Counted from the stretch's first letter, positions 25,729-36,477 are shown. The stretch: DNA of 62,969 nt from Oscillospiraceae bacterium (GCA_018110785.1 JAGBHD010000030.1:1-62969); one strand, 5' to 3'. The notes: generated by a model not told the origin, from the letters alone. Made by a program: numbers and translations.

Positions 25729-28075
25729 AAATTTAAAAATTCTCGAATATGATAAGGTTTTAGAAAAGCTCTCTTTGGAGGCGGCAACCGCTGTTATAAA
25801 AGAGATGTGTTTGAATTTGCGCCCTGAAAGCTCTTCCTTTAAAGCCGAAAGGCTTATGCGAGAAACCGAAACGGCATATATTTTCTGCGAAAAATTCGGC
25901 GCTCCTTCATTCGGCGATGTTTTGGATATAAACGAGCATTTAGAAAAGGCTTCCGTAGGCGCTGTTTTAACTCTTAGAGAGCTTTTAGAGGTTGCGGCGG
26001 TTTTAAGAAATATAAGAACTGTTTCGGATTTTAAAAGAAATATAGATATGTCGGCAGGGCCTTTATCCGATTATTTTAATGCCCTTTTTCCGCTTGTTTC
26101 TTTAGAAAACTCTATCTACACATCTATTGAAAACGAAGATACAGTTTCAGACAAGGCTTCCTTGGAGCTTTACAGAATAAGGCGGCAGATAATATCTTCG
26201 GGAGATGCAGTTAGGGCGAAGCTCGAAGGCTTTATTCGCTCAGCAAGTACACAAAAATATTTGCAGGAGAATATAATAACCAGCCGCGACGGACGGTTTG
26301 TTCTCCCTGTTAAAAGCGAGCATAGAGGCGATATTTCGGGCTTGGTACATGATACCTCTGCCAGTGGACAGACCTTGTTTATAGAGCCTCAGGCGGTAGT
26401 TGAGCTTAATAACGAGATTAAAATTCTTCGCGCTAAAGAGCGAGAGGAAATAGAAAAAATAATAAGGGCTTTATCGGCTTCGGTTAACGAATATTCCGAA
26501 ACGATTCGCCGCTCATATGAAAGCCTTAAAATTTTAGGTCTTATTTTTACAAAGGCGCTTTACGGAATTCGCCTTAAAGGGATTATTCCTAAGTTTCAAG
26601 AAGAGTACGGCTTCCAATTTAAAAAGGCAAGGCACCCGCTTATAGAGAAAGAAAGGGTTGTTCCTATTGATATAAGATTGGGAGAGGATTTTGACACTCT
26701 CATTATAACGGGACCTAACACAGGCGGAAAGACCGTTTCTATAAAAACGGCGGGGCTTTTATCCTTAATGGCGGCATCAGGTCTTATGCTGCCTTGTGAA
26801 GAGGGAAGCTCGGTTTCAGTTTTCTCTGCTGTTTTGCCCGACATAGGCGACGAACAGAGCATAGAGCAGAGCTTATCTACCTTTTCGGGACATATGAAGA
26901 GAATTTCCGAAATTATGGACAGAGCAACTGTTGGCAGCTTAGTATTGATTGACGAGCTTGGAGCGGGTACCGACCCTACAGAGGGAGCGGCTTTGGCAGA
27001 AGCTATAATTGAGGCATTCAGAGAAAAGGGCGCTTTAGTTATTGTTACTACCCATTATGCCGAGCTTAAGGTTTATGCGCTTGAAACAAAGGGCGTTTCG
27101 GCGGCAAGTTCGGAATTTGATATTAAAACCTTAAAGCCTACCTACAAGCTTTCTATCGGCTCTTTAGGAAAATCAAATGCCTTTCTTATTTCCTCTTCGC
27201 TTGGAATTTCAGATGATATAATAAAAAAAGCTTCCGCTCTTATAAAGGGCGAGAGCAGAAGATTCGAGGATATATTATCCGAGCTTGAAAATAAACGTCA
27301 GGAATTAAATCATAGAGAAGAAGAGATTGCAAAACTTGAAGAGGAAATTAAGCATTCTGAATTGAAGCTTCGCAAAAAAACAGAAGAATTTGAAAAAAAT
27401 ATTGAAAGAGAGCAAAAAAGAATAACCGAAAATGCTAAAATGCGCGCCGAAAGGATAACTGCTGAAGCAGAGGCTTTATTAGACGAAATTCGCGAAATTA
27501 AGAAAAACAAAAATAAAGAAAATATAAACGACCTTGCTATTAAGGCTAAAGGAGCATTTAAGGCTCATATCGGAGAGATAGATAAGCTTACGGAGGACAC
27601 CGAAAAGAAAAAGGCTCAGCCCTTTATAGGTAAAATAGCAATAGGGGACAGAGTTTTGATAACCAATATCGGAAAAGAGGCTAAGGTTACGGCTCTTCCC
27701 GATAAAAACGGCAGAGTTGCGGTTGAATTCGGGGCTATAAAAACCAAGGTTGAGCTTTCCGATTTAGCGCCTGTTAAAGCGGCGGCTAAATCTTCTCATC
27801 AGGTTGTAAAGGCTAAGGATAAGCGCTTAAATCCTGATTTAAGGCTCGACATAAGAGGTCAGACGGCTGAGGAAGCTCGAATGGAGCTCGATATATTTAT
27901 TGATAATGCCGTAATGGCGAGGGCTTCGGTTTTAACGATTGTTCACGGCAAGGGAACGGGAGTTCTTAGAAAGATGGTATCTTCCTATCTTAAAGGACAT
28001 AAGTCGGTTGCTTCATACCGCCTTGGAGTTTTCGGAGAGGGAGAAGACGGGGTTACGATTGTAACCTTGAAGTAA
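25718..28075 (+). CDS. mutS2: endonuclease MutS2 (MutS domain plus C-terminal Smr)
   Basis: Walker A GPNTGGKT, a coiled-coil middle region, and a C-terminal Smr domain (LDIRGQTAEEA ... HGKGTGVLR). Confidence 0.93.
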   Translation: MMDKNLKILEYDKVLEKLSLEAATAVIKEMCLNLRPESSSFKAERLMRETETAYIFCEKFGAPSFGDVLDINEHLEKASVGAVLTLRELLEVAAVLRNIRTVSDFKRNIDMSAGPLSDYFNALFPLVSLENSIYTSIENEDTVSDKASLELYRIRRQIISSGDAVRAKLEGFIRSASTQKYLQENIITSRDGRFVLPVKSEHRGDISGLVHDTSASGQTLFIEPQAVVELNNEIKILRAKEREEIEKIIRALSASVNEYSETIRRSYESLKILGLIFTKALYGIRLKGIIPKFQEEYGFQFKKARHPLIEKERVVPIDIRLGEDFDTLIITGPNTGGKTVSIKTAGLLSLMAASGLMLPCEEGSSVSVFSAVLPDIGDEQSIEQSLSTFSGHMKRISEIMDRATVGSLVLIDELGAGTDPTEGAALAEAIIEAFREKGALVIVTTHYAELKVYALETKGVSAASSEFDIKTLKPTYKLSIGSLGKSNAFLISSSLGISDDIIKKASALIKGESRRFEDILSELENKRQELNHREEEIAKLEEEIKHSELKLRKKTEEFEKNIEREQKRITENAKMRAERITAEAEALLDEIREIKKNKNKENINDLAIKAKGAFKAHIGEIDKLTEDTEKKKAQPFIGKIAIGDRVLITNIGKEAKVTALPDKNGRVAVEFGAIKTKVELSDLAPVKAAAKSSHQVVKAKDKRLNPDLRLDIRGQTAEEARMELDIFIDNAVMARASVLTIVHGKGTGVLRKMVSSYLKGHKSVASYRLGVFGEGEDGVTIVTLK

Positions 28076-29102
28076 AAGCCTCTTTTAAAACCGTTACTAA
28101 AACCGGCAGAAATAAAATTCCTAAAATGCCGCCTATTTTAGCGCCTACATAAACAGAAATCAGCATTACTATCGGGGAAAGCCCGATATGCTTGCCGATG
28201 ATTTTAGGCTCTATTATATTTCTTATAACGGTTATTATGAGATATAATATAATAATGCCTATACCGAGAGAAATTCTGCCATAGATGAGGGATATTATCG
28301 AAAAGGGGATTAAAAAGGTTCCGCTTCCGATAACGGGCAGAATATCAAGCGCGGATACCAGCATTGAGAGAACTAAGGCATTCTCAACCCTAAAAAGAGA
28401 TAGTCCGATATAAAGCTCTATAAAGGTTATTATTAAAATAATAAAATATCCTTTAACCATATTTTTAACGGTTGTACCGCAGAGCTTCTTAGCTTCGAAG
28501 AGCTTGTTTCTATGGCGAACGGGGATAAGTTTTGATAAAAAAGAGGTTGTTTTATAATAGTCGGATGAAAAGAAAAATGCCGAAATAACGGCGAAAACTA
28601 CCGATATAACGAATGACGGGAAAGCACGGATAAAGATGGTTATAAAATCGGCTGTAAAGTTTGTTAGCTTTTCAGAGAAAGAATCCATTGCGGCGTAGAA
28701 ATTTTTAAAAAATATCTCATGGTTAACATATGGCTCTAAGGTATCGGCTAAGGAATTTATAAAATTTTCTATAAGCGGGGATATAATTTCAGTATAAACA
28801 GAGGGTAGCTTTTTTAAAAGGTCGCTGCCCTCTTTTATTATGCGCTCTCCCAAAAAGAAGCAGAGAAGTGATATAAAGATAAAGAACAATGCGGTTACCG
28901 AGATAGACCCTATTTGTCTGGGAATAGATGTTTTTCTGCAGAGATAGTCGGAAACGGGCTTTAAGACCATTGCGATAGAAAAGCCGATAATAAAGGGCAG
29001 AAAAAAGGGCAGAAGATATTTAAACCCAAAAAAAGCCGCCGCTATAATCAGGGCATAAAAGGCGATATTTATTATCGTATTTCTTTTTTCGGTAAGTTCC
29101 AT
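28053..29102 (-). CDS. AI-2E family transporter, YtvI-like sporulation membrane protein
   Basis: Roughly 350-aa polytopic protein with the conserved ALDILPVIGSG motif of the AI-2E/YtvI family. Confidence 0.65.
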   Translation of the reverse strand: MELTEKRNTIINIAFYALIIAAAFFGFKYLLPFFLPFIIGFSIAMVLKPVSDYLCRKTSIPRQIGSISVTALFFIFISLLCFFLGERIIKEGSDLLKKLPSVYTEIISPLIENFINSLADTLEPYVNHEIFFKNFYAAMDSFSEKLTNFTADFITIFIRAFPSFVISVVFAVISAFFFSSDYYKTTSFLSKLIPVRHRNKLFEAKKLCGTTVKNMVKGYFIILIITFIELYIGLSLFRVENALVLSMLVSALDILPVIGSGTFLIPFSIISLIYGRISLGIGIIILYLIITVIRNIIEPKIIGKHIGLSPIVMLISVYVGAKIGGILGILFLPVLVTVLKEAFTSRLQS

Positions 29103-29148
29103 CACCAAAAATCTCCTTTTTAATAGAATATTATAAAGGGGTGAAATT

Positions 29149-29445
29149 ATGAATGGTCTTATTGTAAATCGAATTTCCGAAGAAGAGATTTTATCCGCTT
29201 ACGAAAAAGGTTATGAAAAAATAATATTTTATTCTCCTAAAGGCGGACTTTATTTAAATGATGAGCGGCATTTCAAAATCAAAGAGATTACATATGCTAA
29301 GGCGCGAGAGTTTTCAAAAAAAGGCTTTATAGATATAGAGCCTAGGACTATTTTAGCCGCGGAGAGATGCTCTTTGGAGATAGAAATTAAAGGTCAGCGC
29401 GATGAAAGGCCTACTATCATAAGAGGTTATGTTTCCCATTCATAA
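29149..29445 (+). CDS. hypothetical protein (98 aa)
   Basis: ORF with RBS AAAGGGGTGAAATTATG. No family recognised. Confidence 0.45.
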   Translation: MNGLIVNRISEEEILSAYEKGYEKIIFYSPKGGLYLNDERHFKIKEITYAKAREFSKKGFIDIEPRTILAAERCSLEIEIKGQRDERPTIIRGYVSHS

Positions 29446-29524
29446 ATTGTTAATTAGAGGTTGAAGTTTAAGTAATAATTTGCTATAATATTTAATAGTC
29501 TTTTCATAAGGACGTGATTGAAAG

Positions 29525-30757
29525 ATGCAGCTTATGAAAAAGACAATCTCTATTTTTATTTTGATACTTATTTTATTGTCCTCTTGCTCCAAAAGCTTTA
29601 TAGGAAGGCAAGGATATTTGAGAGAGTATCCCGAAACGGTTAAGATAAAGGAAGCGCAAGAGCCGACTGAATACAGAGCTATTTGGTTTTCCTATCTTGA
29701 TTATTCGAAGCACCTTTCGGGGCTTTCAGAGGATAAATACAAAGAGAAGATATCGGCTATTTTTTCAGGTGTTTCGGATTTCGGGTTTAATACCGTTATT
29801 TTTCAGGTTTTGCCGCATTCCGATTCGCTTTATAAATCGGAAATATATCCTACAAGCGCTTTAGCGGCAGGAGCTTTAGGCGGCGCCCTTTTATACGACC
29901 CTTTGGAAATAGCTACAGAGGCGGCGCACGAAAAAGGCCTTAAAATAGAAGCTTGGATAAACCCTTTCAGGGCATATACAGACAGCGATGCCGAAAAGGT
30001 TTCGGAAGATACCTTTTTTGGAAAATGGTATAAGGACGAAGAGGCGAGAGGGGATTATATCGTAAAGGTGGAAAACCGATGGTATTATAACCCTGCGCAC
30101 CCTGAAATCAGGGATATGATAGCGGCGGGAGTCGGAGAGATAGCAAGAAACTATGAGGTTGACGGGATACATATCGACGATTATTTTTATCCGACTACCG
30201 ATGCTTCTTTTGATGAAAAGGCTTATTTAAAATACGGCGGCTCCTTGGAGCTTTCGGATTTTCGCAGAGATAATGTTAATCAAACCGTTAAAGGAATGTA
30301 TGAGGCTATTAAGGCTGAAAAGCCATCGGTTTATTTTGGGATAAGCCCCGTAGGAAACATAGAAAACTGCTATGAGAAGCTTTATGCGGATATATATACA
30401 TGGGTTGAAAACGAGGGCTATGCCGACTATATTGCGCCGCAGTTATATTATAGCTTTAAGCAAAATTTTTATTCATATACTTACGCTTTAGAGAAATGGA
30501 AAGGTCTTTCTTGGAACAAAAATGTTAAGTTTTATATAGGCCTTTCGGCATATAAGCTATCAGGGCTTTATACCTATTCAACAGAAGAAGAGAAAAACGA
30601 TTGGGAAAGCTCTACTGATATGCTCGCCCGTCAGCTTAAAATGGGGCGAGAGGCAGAGAATTTCGGGGGATTTGCTGTTTTTTCCTATTCGAACTTTTTT
30701 CCCGAAGATGATGGGAAAATCGCGGAAGAGAAAAATAATTTAAAAGCGTTATTATAA
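29525..30757 (+). CDS. glycosyl-hydrolase-like 10 (GHL10/DUF187, YngK-like) lipoprotein
   Basis: Lipobox LSSC. The IHIDDYFYP motif and TIM-barrel-like pattern are typical of GHL10. Confidence 0.6.
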   Translation: MQLMKKTISIFILILILLSSCSKSFIGRQGYLREYPETVKIKEAQEPTEYRAIWFSYLDYSKHLSGLSEDKYKEKISAIFSGVSDFGFNTVIFQVLPHSDSLYKSEIYPTSALAAGALGGALLYDPLEIATEAAHEKGLKIEAWINPFRAYTDSDAEKVSEDTFFGKWYKDEEARGDYIVKVENRWYYNPAHPEIRDMIAAGVGEIARNYEVDGIHIDDYFYPTTDASFDEKAYLKYGGSLELSDFRRDNVNQTVKGMYEAIKAEKPSVYFGISPVGNIENCYEKLYADIYTWVENEGYADYIAPQLYYSFKQNFYSYTYALEKWKGLSWNKNVKFYIGLSAYKLSGLYTYSTEEEKNDWESSTDMLARQLKMGREAENFGGFAVFSYSNFFPEDDGKIAEEKNNLKALL

Positions 30758-30770
30758 GGGAGTTTAAGGG

Positions 30771-33632
30771 ATGTTTAAAACAAAAAAGGGGATTATAATC
30801 TGGAGTATTGTATTCGGCGCTGTAACGGCGCTGGTTGTTTCTTTTGCTATGGTTTGCAAAATAGGAATTATAAACCTTACTGATTTGACAGCCTCCTTTA
30901 AAGCTTTATTTTCTTATGAATCTCCTGAAGCCCCGAGCAGAGAGGTTTTAGCAGAGCCGCAAGCTCAGTATCCTAAGTGTGAGCTGCCGTCTTTGATGAA
31001 AGGTGTTTATCTTAATACGAAAGAGGAGCTTGACCTTTCAAAGAGTATTTACGGAATCAAAACCGACCTTTTGAAAAAGGCGGTTTATTACAAGGGCATC
31101 GGAATAAACACCTGTATTTATAATTCAACGGGGAATAATGAAATTGACGCTATGATAGCCCTTTCCTTAAAGGAAAGCGGGTTTTATGCCTTTGAGCTTT
31201 ATTCTTTGTCTTCAGATGGCGCGATTTCGAGCCATAAAACCGAAACCGAGATAAGAGCTTTAAGAGAGCATTTAGAGAAAGCTTCTCCCGATGCGATTGT
31301 TTTTAAGGACTATTATAATAAGATTTCGGAAGTGGAAGAGATATCCGCGGCTTCTGAAAAAACTGTTTCCCGACTCGGCTCTTTATATAAGGCTGTAAAA
31401 GAGGTTTCGCCTACGGTTGCTGTTGGAGTTTTAGCGGATCCCGTTCGCAAAAACGCGGATATAGGCGGCTCTTATAGCTTTGAGGCATTAGCAGACGGTT
31501 TTTTTGATATTGAAGCGCTGCTTGAGGAAACCGAGCTTGACCTCGTTATTACAGATGCGCCCTTTGCGATTTCTAATTCAACCGTTTCTTATACGGGCTT
31601 TTTGAAATACTGGACAGGCCTTGTTAAGGATAAGAAAACCGAGTTTTACACCCTTTTGCATAACGAGAAGCTTGCAAGCGGAGAAGCAGGCTGGAGCAAC
31701 CCCGTTGAAATTGTGAAGCAGGTTATAGAATCTACCAAATACGAGGATTACAGCGGCTTTGTTTTAAACGACGGCGATGCTTTAATTAAAAACAAAACTA
31801 CGACCGCCTCTTTAGTTAAATATATGAACGAGGACCTTGATGCTGAATCTATCTTAAAAGAGCTTACGATGATTCAGCCTACCGCGAGAACATTTTCTAC
31901 CAACGAGAGCACAATTCTTTTCAGAGGTACTACCGATAAAAACTATGAGGTTTTAATTAACGGCTCGCCCGCCGCAAGAAATGAAAACGGCGACTTTGCG
32001 ATGTATGTTAATTTAAAGGTCGGAACTAACAGAATATCCTTTAGCCATAAGGGCAAAACAATAACCTACACAATAACAAGAACGATAAATGTTTTAACAA
32101 GTGTTTCGCCGCTTGAATCCCTTAATTTAGATGGCGGAACGGTACTTTCTTTAAGCGCGGTAGCCTATAGGGAAGCTACGGTTACTGCAACTATTAACGG
32201 AACGAAGATTACATTAAAGCCCGACTTAGCTTCTTCTGAGGCTAACTCGCTTTACTGCACCTTCCACGGAAGCTATAAGCTCCCCGAGGCTACTACAGAA
32301 GCTCAAAGCTTAGGTCAGATTTACTATTATGCTTATTTTTCGGGAATGTCGGGCAGTAAATACGGCTCTTATGTAACGGTTAATAAGATTTCGGTTGAAA
32401 ATGTAACGGGGCTTTTAAAGGTTACAAATACAAATCTTCCCTTTACCTATAGCGGAGATTCTACCTATTATTTCCCTTGTCCCGACCAGACATTTTTACC
32501 CGCGGGAACTATTGATTATACCGTTGGAGATGAGTTTGTTATAAAAGACGGCTCAGATGTTTATAAATTTATAAAGACCAAGGCGGGAAAACGATATCAG
32601 ACTAAGGATATTACCTATATTCCTTTAAAGGATATGGGAATGAACCGAATAAACTCGGCTTCGGCTTCGGTTGAAAACACATATTTAACCTTTAAATTCT
32701 CGATGAACTGGAATGTTCCTTTTAACATTCAAGCGAATTCTATTTCCTATAGGAAGGACAACTATCAGGACTTTAAGATAACATCCTTCTCTCCAAATAA
32801 GCTAACAATAACCTTTAATTATACGGATATTCCCGCAGAGTTTACCCTCCCCGAAAATTCGCTTTTCAGCTCTTATGTGTGGGAGAAGGGAATGGAGAAT
32901 GGCGAAGAGGTTGTAAAGCTTGTTTTAAGCTTAAAGAATAGTCTTTGCTATACGGGTTATGTTACTTCATATGACGATAATGGCAATTTAACAATTAAAT
33001 TTAACCTGCCCTTAAAGGTTTCGGCTTCTTCCAATGAATACGGCGGCGACCTTACAGGCTCGGTTATCGCTATTTCTCCCGGACACGGCGGCGGGGACCC
33101 CGGCGCTATCGGTACTCACGATAAGGTTTACTATGAAAGAGATATCAATACTGCTATAGTTTCTAAGCTTAAAGCAGAGCTTGAAAAGGCGGGGGCAACG
33201 GTTGTTATATGCGATAAGGTAACCTCTAATCTTCCCGATTACAGAGGGCGCTCAAATCAAGCAACCGCCGCGGGGGCACAGGTTCATATAGTTATTCATC
33301 AGAACAGCTCTACTGTTGCTTCTTCGGCAGGATATGAGGTTTGGCATTACAGTCCGTTCTCTTATAAATTAGGAGAATATATGAGAGAAGCTATGAAAGC
33401 CTTTTATCAGAACACCCTTTACGGGGGCGACTATAAAGCGGGACTTGACCGCGGAATATATTTTAGCTGGATTTCGGATACAATGTATCCGACAGCGCCT
33501 ACCGTACTTTTAGAAACCGGCTTTATAAGCAATCAGAAGGAATGCTTAGCTTTAAACAGCGCTGAAATGCAGACTGCTTTAGCAAAAGAACTCGTTAAAG
33601 GAATTGTAAAATATGCGAATGGGCAAAACTAA
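30771..33632 (+). CDS. large cell-wall protein with C-terminal N-acetylmuramoyl-L-alanine amidase (Amidase_3) domain
   Basis: 953 aa with an N-terminal TM anchor and a long beta-rich middle region. The C-terminus has ISPGHGGGDPGA ... HQNS ... LLETGFISN, typical of Amidase_3. Confidence 0.7.
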   Translation: MFKTKKGIIIWSIVFGAVTALVVSFAMVCKIGIINLTDLTASFKALFSYESPEAPSREVLAEPQAQYPKCELPSLMKGVYLNTKEELDLSKSIYGIKTDLLKKAVYYKGIGINTCIYNSTGNNEIDAMIALSLKESGFYAFELYSLSSDGAISSHKTETEIRALREHLEKASPDAIVFKDYYNKISEVEEISAASEKTVSRLGSLYKAVKEVSPTVAVGVLADPVRKNADIGGSYSFEALADGFFDIEALLEETELDLVITDAPFAISNSTVSYTGFLKYWTGLVKDKKTEFYTLLHNEKLASGEAGWSNPVEIVKQVIESTKYEDYSGFVLNDGDALIKNKTTTASLVKYMNEDLDAESILKELTMIQPTARTFSTNESTILFRGTTDKNYEVLINGSPAARNENGDFAMYVNLKVGTNRISFSHKGKTITYTITRTINVLTSVSPLESLNLDGGTVLSLSAVAYREATVTATINGTKITLKPDLASSEANSLYCTFHGSYKLPEATTEAQSLGQIYYYAYFSGMSGSKYGSYVTVNKISVENVTGLLKVTNTNLPFTYSGDSTYYFPCPDQTFLPAGTIDYTVGDEFVIKDGSDVYKFIKTKAGKRYQTKDITYIPLKDMGMNRINSASASVENTYLTFKFSMNWNVPFNIQANSISYRKDNYQDFKITSFSPNKLTITFNYTDIPAEFTLPENSLFSSYVWEKGMENGEEVVKLVLSLKNSLCYTGYVTSYDDNGNLTIKFNLPLKVSASSNEYGGDLTGSVIAISPGHGGGDPGAIGTHDKVYYERDINTAIVSKLKAELEKAGATVVICDKVTSNLPDYRGRSNQATAAGAQVHIVIHQNSSTVASSAGYEVWHYSPFSYKLGEYMREAMKAFYQNTLYGGDYKAGLDRGIYFSWISDTMYPTAPTVLLETGFISNQKECLALNSAEMQTALAKELVKGIVKYANGQN

Positions 33633-34368
33633 AAAAATATTAAATATTATTTTAGGTTTTTTGGGCTTGTTTTTAATGGCTTATGCGGTTTGGCCTAAGG
33701 GAATATCCTATAATAATGTTGGAATATGGGCTATCTTTCTTTTAGGCTTTGACATAGCTTTGAATTTCCTTTTTCTTTATCGAGTAAAAAAGAAATGGGC
33801 TGAAATTTCAAGACGGATTTTATCGGGCTTATTATTAGTTGCCTTGATAATTATAGCCGCGGGGGCTGCAATAATCTATTCGACTCCCGAGCCGCTTCCC
33901 TTAAATGAAGACTGCACCTTAATAGTTTTAGGGGCGAGGACTTTCGGAGATAAACCCGGCGGAGTTTTAAAAACGCGCCTTGATACGGCGGCTGAGTTTT
34001 TAAAAGAAAACCCCGAGGTTTCCAGTATTGTAACAGGCGGCAAAGGGGCAGACGAAACACACAGCGAGGCTTCGGTTTCCAAAAAATATCTTATTGAAAA
34101 GGGAATAGATGAGAAAAGAATAATAACGGAAGAGGCTTCCACCAGCACGGGAGAGAATCTTTCCTATTCCTTGCTTTTAGCCAAAACCTATTCTGTTTCG
34201 GAAAATTTTCTAATCTGTACCGACCCTTATCATCAATATCGCGCATCGCTTTTCTGCGATGAGCTCGGCATTAATTCTTATGCTTTAAGCACTTCGATTA
34301 ATTTGAAAATCGAGCCTATATATTTGGTCAGAGAGATTTTGGCGGTATTTTATTATTTCGTTATTTAA
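33613..34368 (+). CDS. YdcF/DUF218 (SanA/ElyC-like) family protein
   Basis: N-terminal TM helices, then GGKGADETHSEA ... STSTGENL, typical of DUF218. Confidence 0.75.
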   Translation: MRMGKTKKILNIILGFLGLFLMAYAVWPKGISYNNVGIWAIFLLGFDIALNFLFLYRVKKKWAEISRRILSGLLLVALIIIAAGAAIIYSTPEPLPLNEDCTLIVLGARTFGDKPGGVLKTRLDTAAEFLKENPEVSSIVTGGKGADETHSEASVSKKYLIEKGIDEKRIITEEASTSTGENLSYSLLLAKTYSVSENFLICTDPYHQYRASLFCDELGINSYALSTSINLKIEPIYLVREILAVFYYFVI

Positions 34369-34397
34369 AAATGCGGGTAAATTTACCCGCATTTTTA
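34369..34397 (+). terminator. intrinsic terminator
   Basis: 22-nt perfect palindrome ATGCGGGTAAATTTACCCGCAT followed by TTTTT. Confidence 0.75.
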
Positions 34398-34428
34398 ATC
34401 TTTTGAGTGAAAAAATACCAAAAAACAC

Positions 34429-34457
34429 TTGCAAAAGGTAAAACAGTATGGTATATT
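34429..34457 (+). promoter_or_regulatory. sigma-A promoter of rpsB-tsf
   Basis: TTGCAA, 17 nt, TATATT with an upstream TG. It is followed by a ~110-nt structured leader. Confidence 0.5.
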
Positions 34458-34572
34458 AATATGGTTGCTAAGCAACAAAACACACGCCGCTAAAGAGCCC
34501 CGCTCCTGAGTCGGTTTCGGCTTTTAACGGGATAATCTCGGCGGAGGAAAAATTAAAAGGAGGAATATTACT

Positions 34573-35481
34573 ATGGCAGTAATATCAATGAAACAGCTTT
34601 TGGAAGCAGGCGTTCATTTCGGACACCAGACCAGAAGATGGAACCCGAAAATGGCTCGTTACATTTTCACAGAAAGAAACGGAATCTACATTATCGACCT
34701 TCAGAAGACCTCTAAGTGCTTAGATGAAGCTTATGAGTTCGTTCGTAACCTTTCTGCTGACGGCGGAGAATTGCTCTTCGTTGGAACAAAGAAGCAGGCA
34801 GGCGAGTCGATTAAAGAGGAAGCTATCCGCGCAGGCGCTCATTATGTAAATGCTCGTTGGCTCGGCGGTATGCTTACAAACTTCAAAACAATTAAAACAA
34901 GAATTAACCGTTTGGCTCAGCTTCGTAAAATGGAAGAAGACGGAACCTTTGATCTTCTCCCCAAAAAGGAAGTTGTTAAGCTCAAATTAGAGATTGAGAA
35001 GCTCGAAAAATATCTCGGCGGAATTAAAGAAATGAAGAAAATTCCCGCTGCTATGTTCATCGTTGACCCCAAGAAGGAAAGAATTGCAGTTGCAGAGGCT
35101 AAGAAGCTTGGTATGCCTATCGTTGCTATAGTTGATACAAACTGCGATCCTGATGAGATTGACTACGTTATCCCCGGAAACGATGACGCTATCCGCGCTG
35201 TTAAGCTTATCGCAGGCGCTATGGCTGATGCTATAATCGAGGGTCGTCAGGGCGAGCAGGTAACTGAGGCTGAGGTTGAGACTGTTATGACAGAGGCTCC
35301 CGCTGAAGCTGCAGAAGCTCCCGCTGAGGAAGCTCCTAAGAAAAAGCCCGCAGCTAAAAAAGCTCCTGCAAAGAAAGCAGAAGCTCCCGCTGAAGCTACA
35401 GAAGCTGAAGCTGAAGAGGCTCCCAAAAAGAAGACTACAAGAAAAACCGCAGCTAAGAAAACAGAAGAGGCTGCTGAATAA
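34573..35481 (+). CDS. rpsB: 30S ribosomal protein S2 with Ala/Glu/Lys/Pro-rich C-terminal extension
   Basis: [27 protein letters not shown] is canonical S2. About 70 extra C-terminal residues of EAPA/KK repeats. Confidence 0.97.
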   Translation: MAVISMKQLLEAGVHFGHQTRRWNPKMARYIFTERNGIYIIDLQKTSKCLDEAYEFVRNLSADGGELLFVGTKKQAGESIKEEAIRAGAHYVNARWLGGMLTNFKTIKTRINRLAQLRKMEEDGTFDLLPKKEVVKLKLEIEKLEKYLGGIKEMKKIPAAMFIVDPKKERIAVAEAKKLGMPIVAIVDTNCDPDEIDYVIPGNDDAIRAVKLIAGAMADAIIEGRQGEQVTEAEVETVMTEAPAEAAEAPAEEAPKKKPAAKKAPAKKAEAPAEATEAEAEEAPKKKTTRKTAAKKTEEAAE

Positions 35482-35499
35482 TTAACGGAGGTTGAATTT

Positions 35500-36420
35500 A
35501 TGGCTTTCACAGCAAAAGACGTTCAGACCCTCAGAGAGAGAACCGGTTGCGGTATGATGGACTGCAAAAAGGCTCTTACCGAGACTAACGGCGATATGGA
35601 AAAGGCTATTGAAGTTCTCAGAGAGAAAGGCCTTGCAGCGGCTGCTAAAAAATCCGGCCGTATTGCAGCAGAAGGTGTTGTATGCGTTAAAGTAGAGGAT
35701 GGCGTTGCAGCTATCGTTGAGGTTAATGCTGAAACAGACTTCGTTGCTAAAAACGAAACCTTTATTGCATTTGCTAACGATATTGCTAAAACTGTTATTT
35801 CTGAAAACCCCGCTGACCTTGATGCTCTTATGACATTAAAGCTCAACGGCTCTGATATGACAGTTGAAGAGGCTTTAAGAGATAAGATTCTTGTTATCGG
35901 CGAGAATATGAAAATTCGCCGTTTCGAGAGAGTTGAAGGCGATGTTGTAGGCTATTCCCACGGCGGCGGAAGAATCGGCGTTCTTGTTAAAATGGAACTT
36001 GAGGGCGCTGCAAAGGGAAATGCTACCGCTTTAGAGGCAGGAAAAGATGTTGCAATGCAGATTGCCGCTTTAAATGCTCCTTATCTCGACAAAGAGAGCG
36101 TTCCCGCTGAAGTTTTAGAGAGCGAGAAGCAGATTACTATTGCTCAGTTTAAAAACGATCCTAAACATGCTAACAAGCCCGATCAGGTTTTAGAGAAAAT
36201 GGTTATGGGCAAAATGGGCAAGTATTACGAGAACAACTGTGTTCTTTGTCAGGCATTCGTTAAGGATGGCGACAAGACTGTTAGCCAGTATCTCGCTGAT
36301 GTCTCTAAAGAAGTTGGCGGCAAGGTTAATGTTACCGGATTTATTCGCTTTGAGAAGGGCGAAGGCCTTGAGAAGAAGCAGGATAACTTCGCTGAAGAAG
36401 TTGCAAGCATGATGAAATAA
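35500..36420 (+). CDS. tsf: translation elongation factor Ts
   Basis: VQTLRERTGCGMMDCKKAL is a canonical EF-Ts N-terminus. 306 aa. Confidence 0.97.
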   Translation: MAFTAKDVQTLRERTGCGMMDCKKALTETNGDMEKAIEVLREKGLAAAAKKSGRIAAEGVVCVKVEDGVAAIVEVNAETDFVAKNETFIAFANDIAKTVISENPADLDALMTLKLNGSDMTVEEALRDKILVIGENMKIRRFERVEGDVVGYSHGGGRIGVLVKMELEGAAKGNATALEAGKDVAMQIAALNAPYLDKESVPAEVLESEKQITIAQFKNDPKHANKPDQVLEKMVMGKMGKYYENNCVLCQAFVKDGDKTVSQYLADVSKEVGGKVNVTGFIRFEKGEGLEKKQDNFAEEVASMMK

Positions 36421-36432
36421 GCATTTTGCTTT

Positions 36433-36466
36433 AAAAATTGCTCTCCGTTTGGGGAGCAATTTTTTT
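36433..36466 (+). terminator. intrinsic terminator of rpsB-tsf
   Basis: ATTGCTCTCC-GTTT-GGGGAGCAAT followed by T6. Confidence 0.8.
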
Positions 36467-36477
36467 ATATAGGATTA

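Noticed and set aside
28053-28075. Two convergent gene pairs (mutS2/ytvI-like here, riboflavin kinase/sigK at 50944-50966) each overlap by exactly 23 nt
   Set aside because: The equal length looks coincidental. The two overlapping sequences are unrelated, and convergent 3' overlaps are common in compact genomes.
35247-35510. 87-aa minus-strand ORF rich in Ala/Ser
   Set aside because: It is a mirror image of the repetitive GAAGCTCC-type codons that encode the S2 C-terminal tail, so it is an artefact of low complexity.
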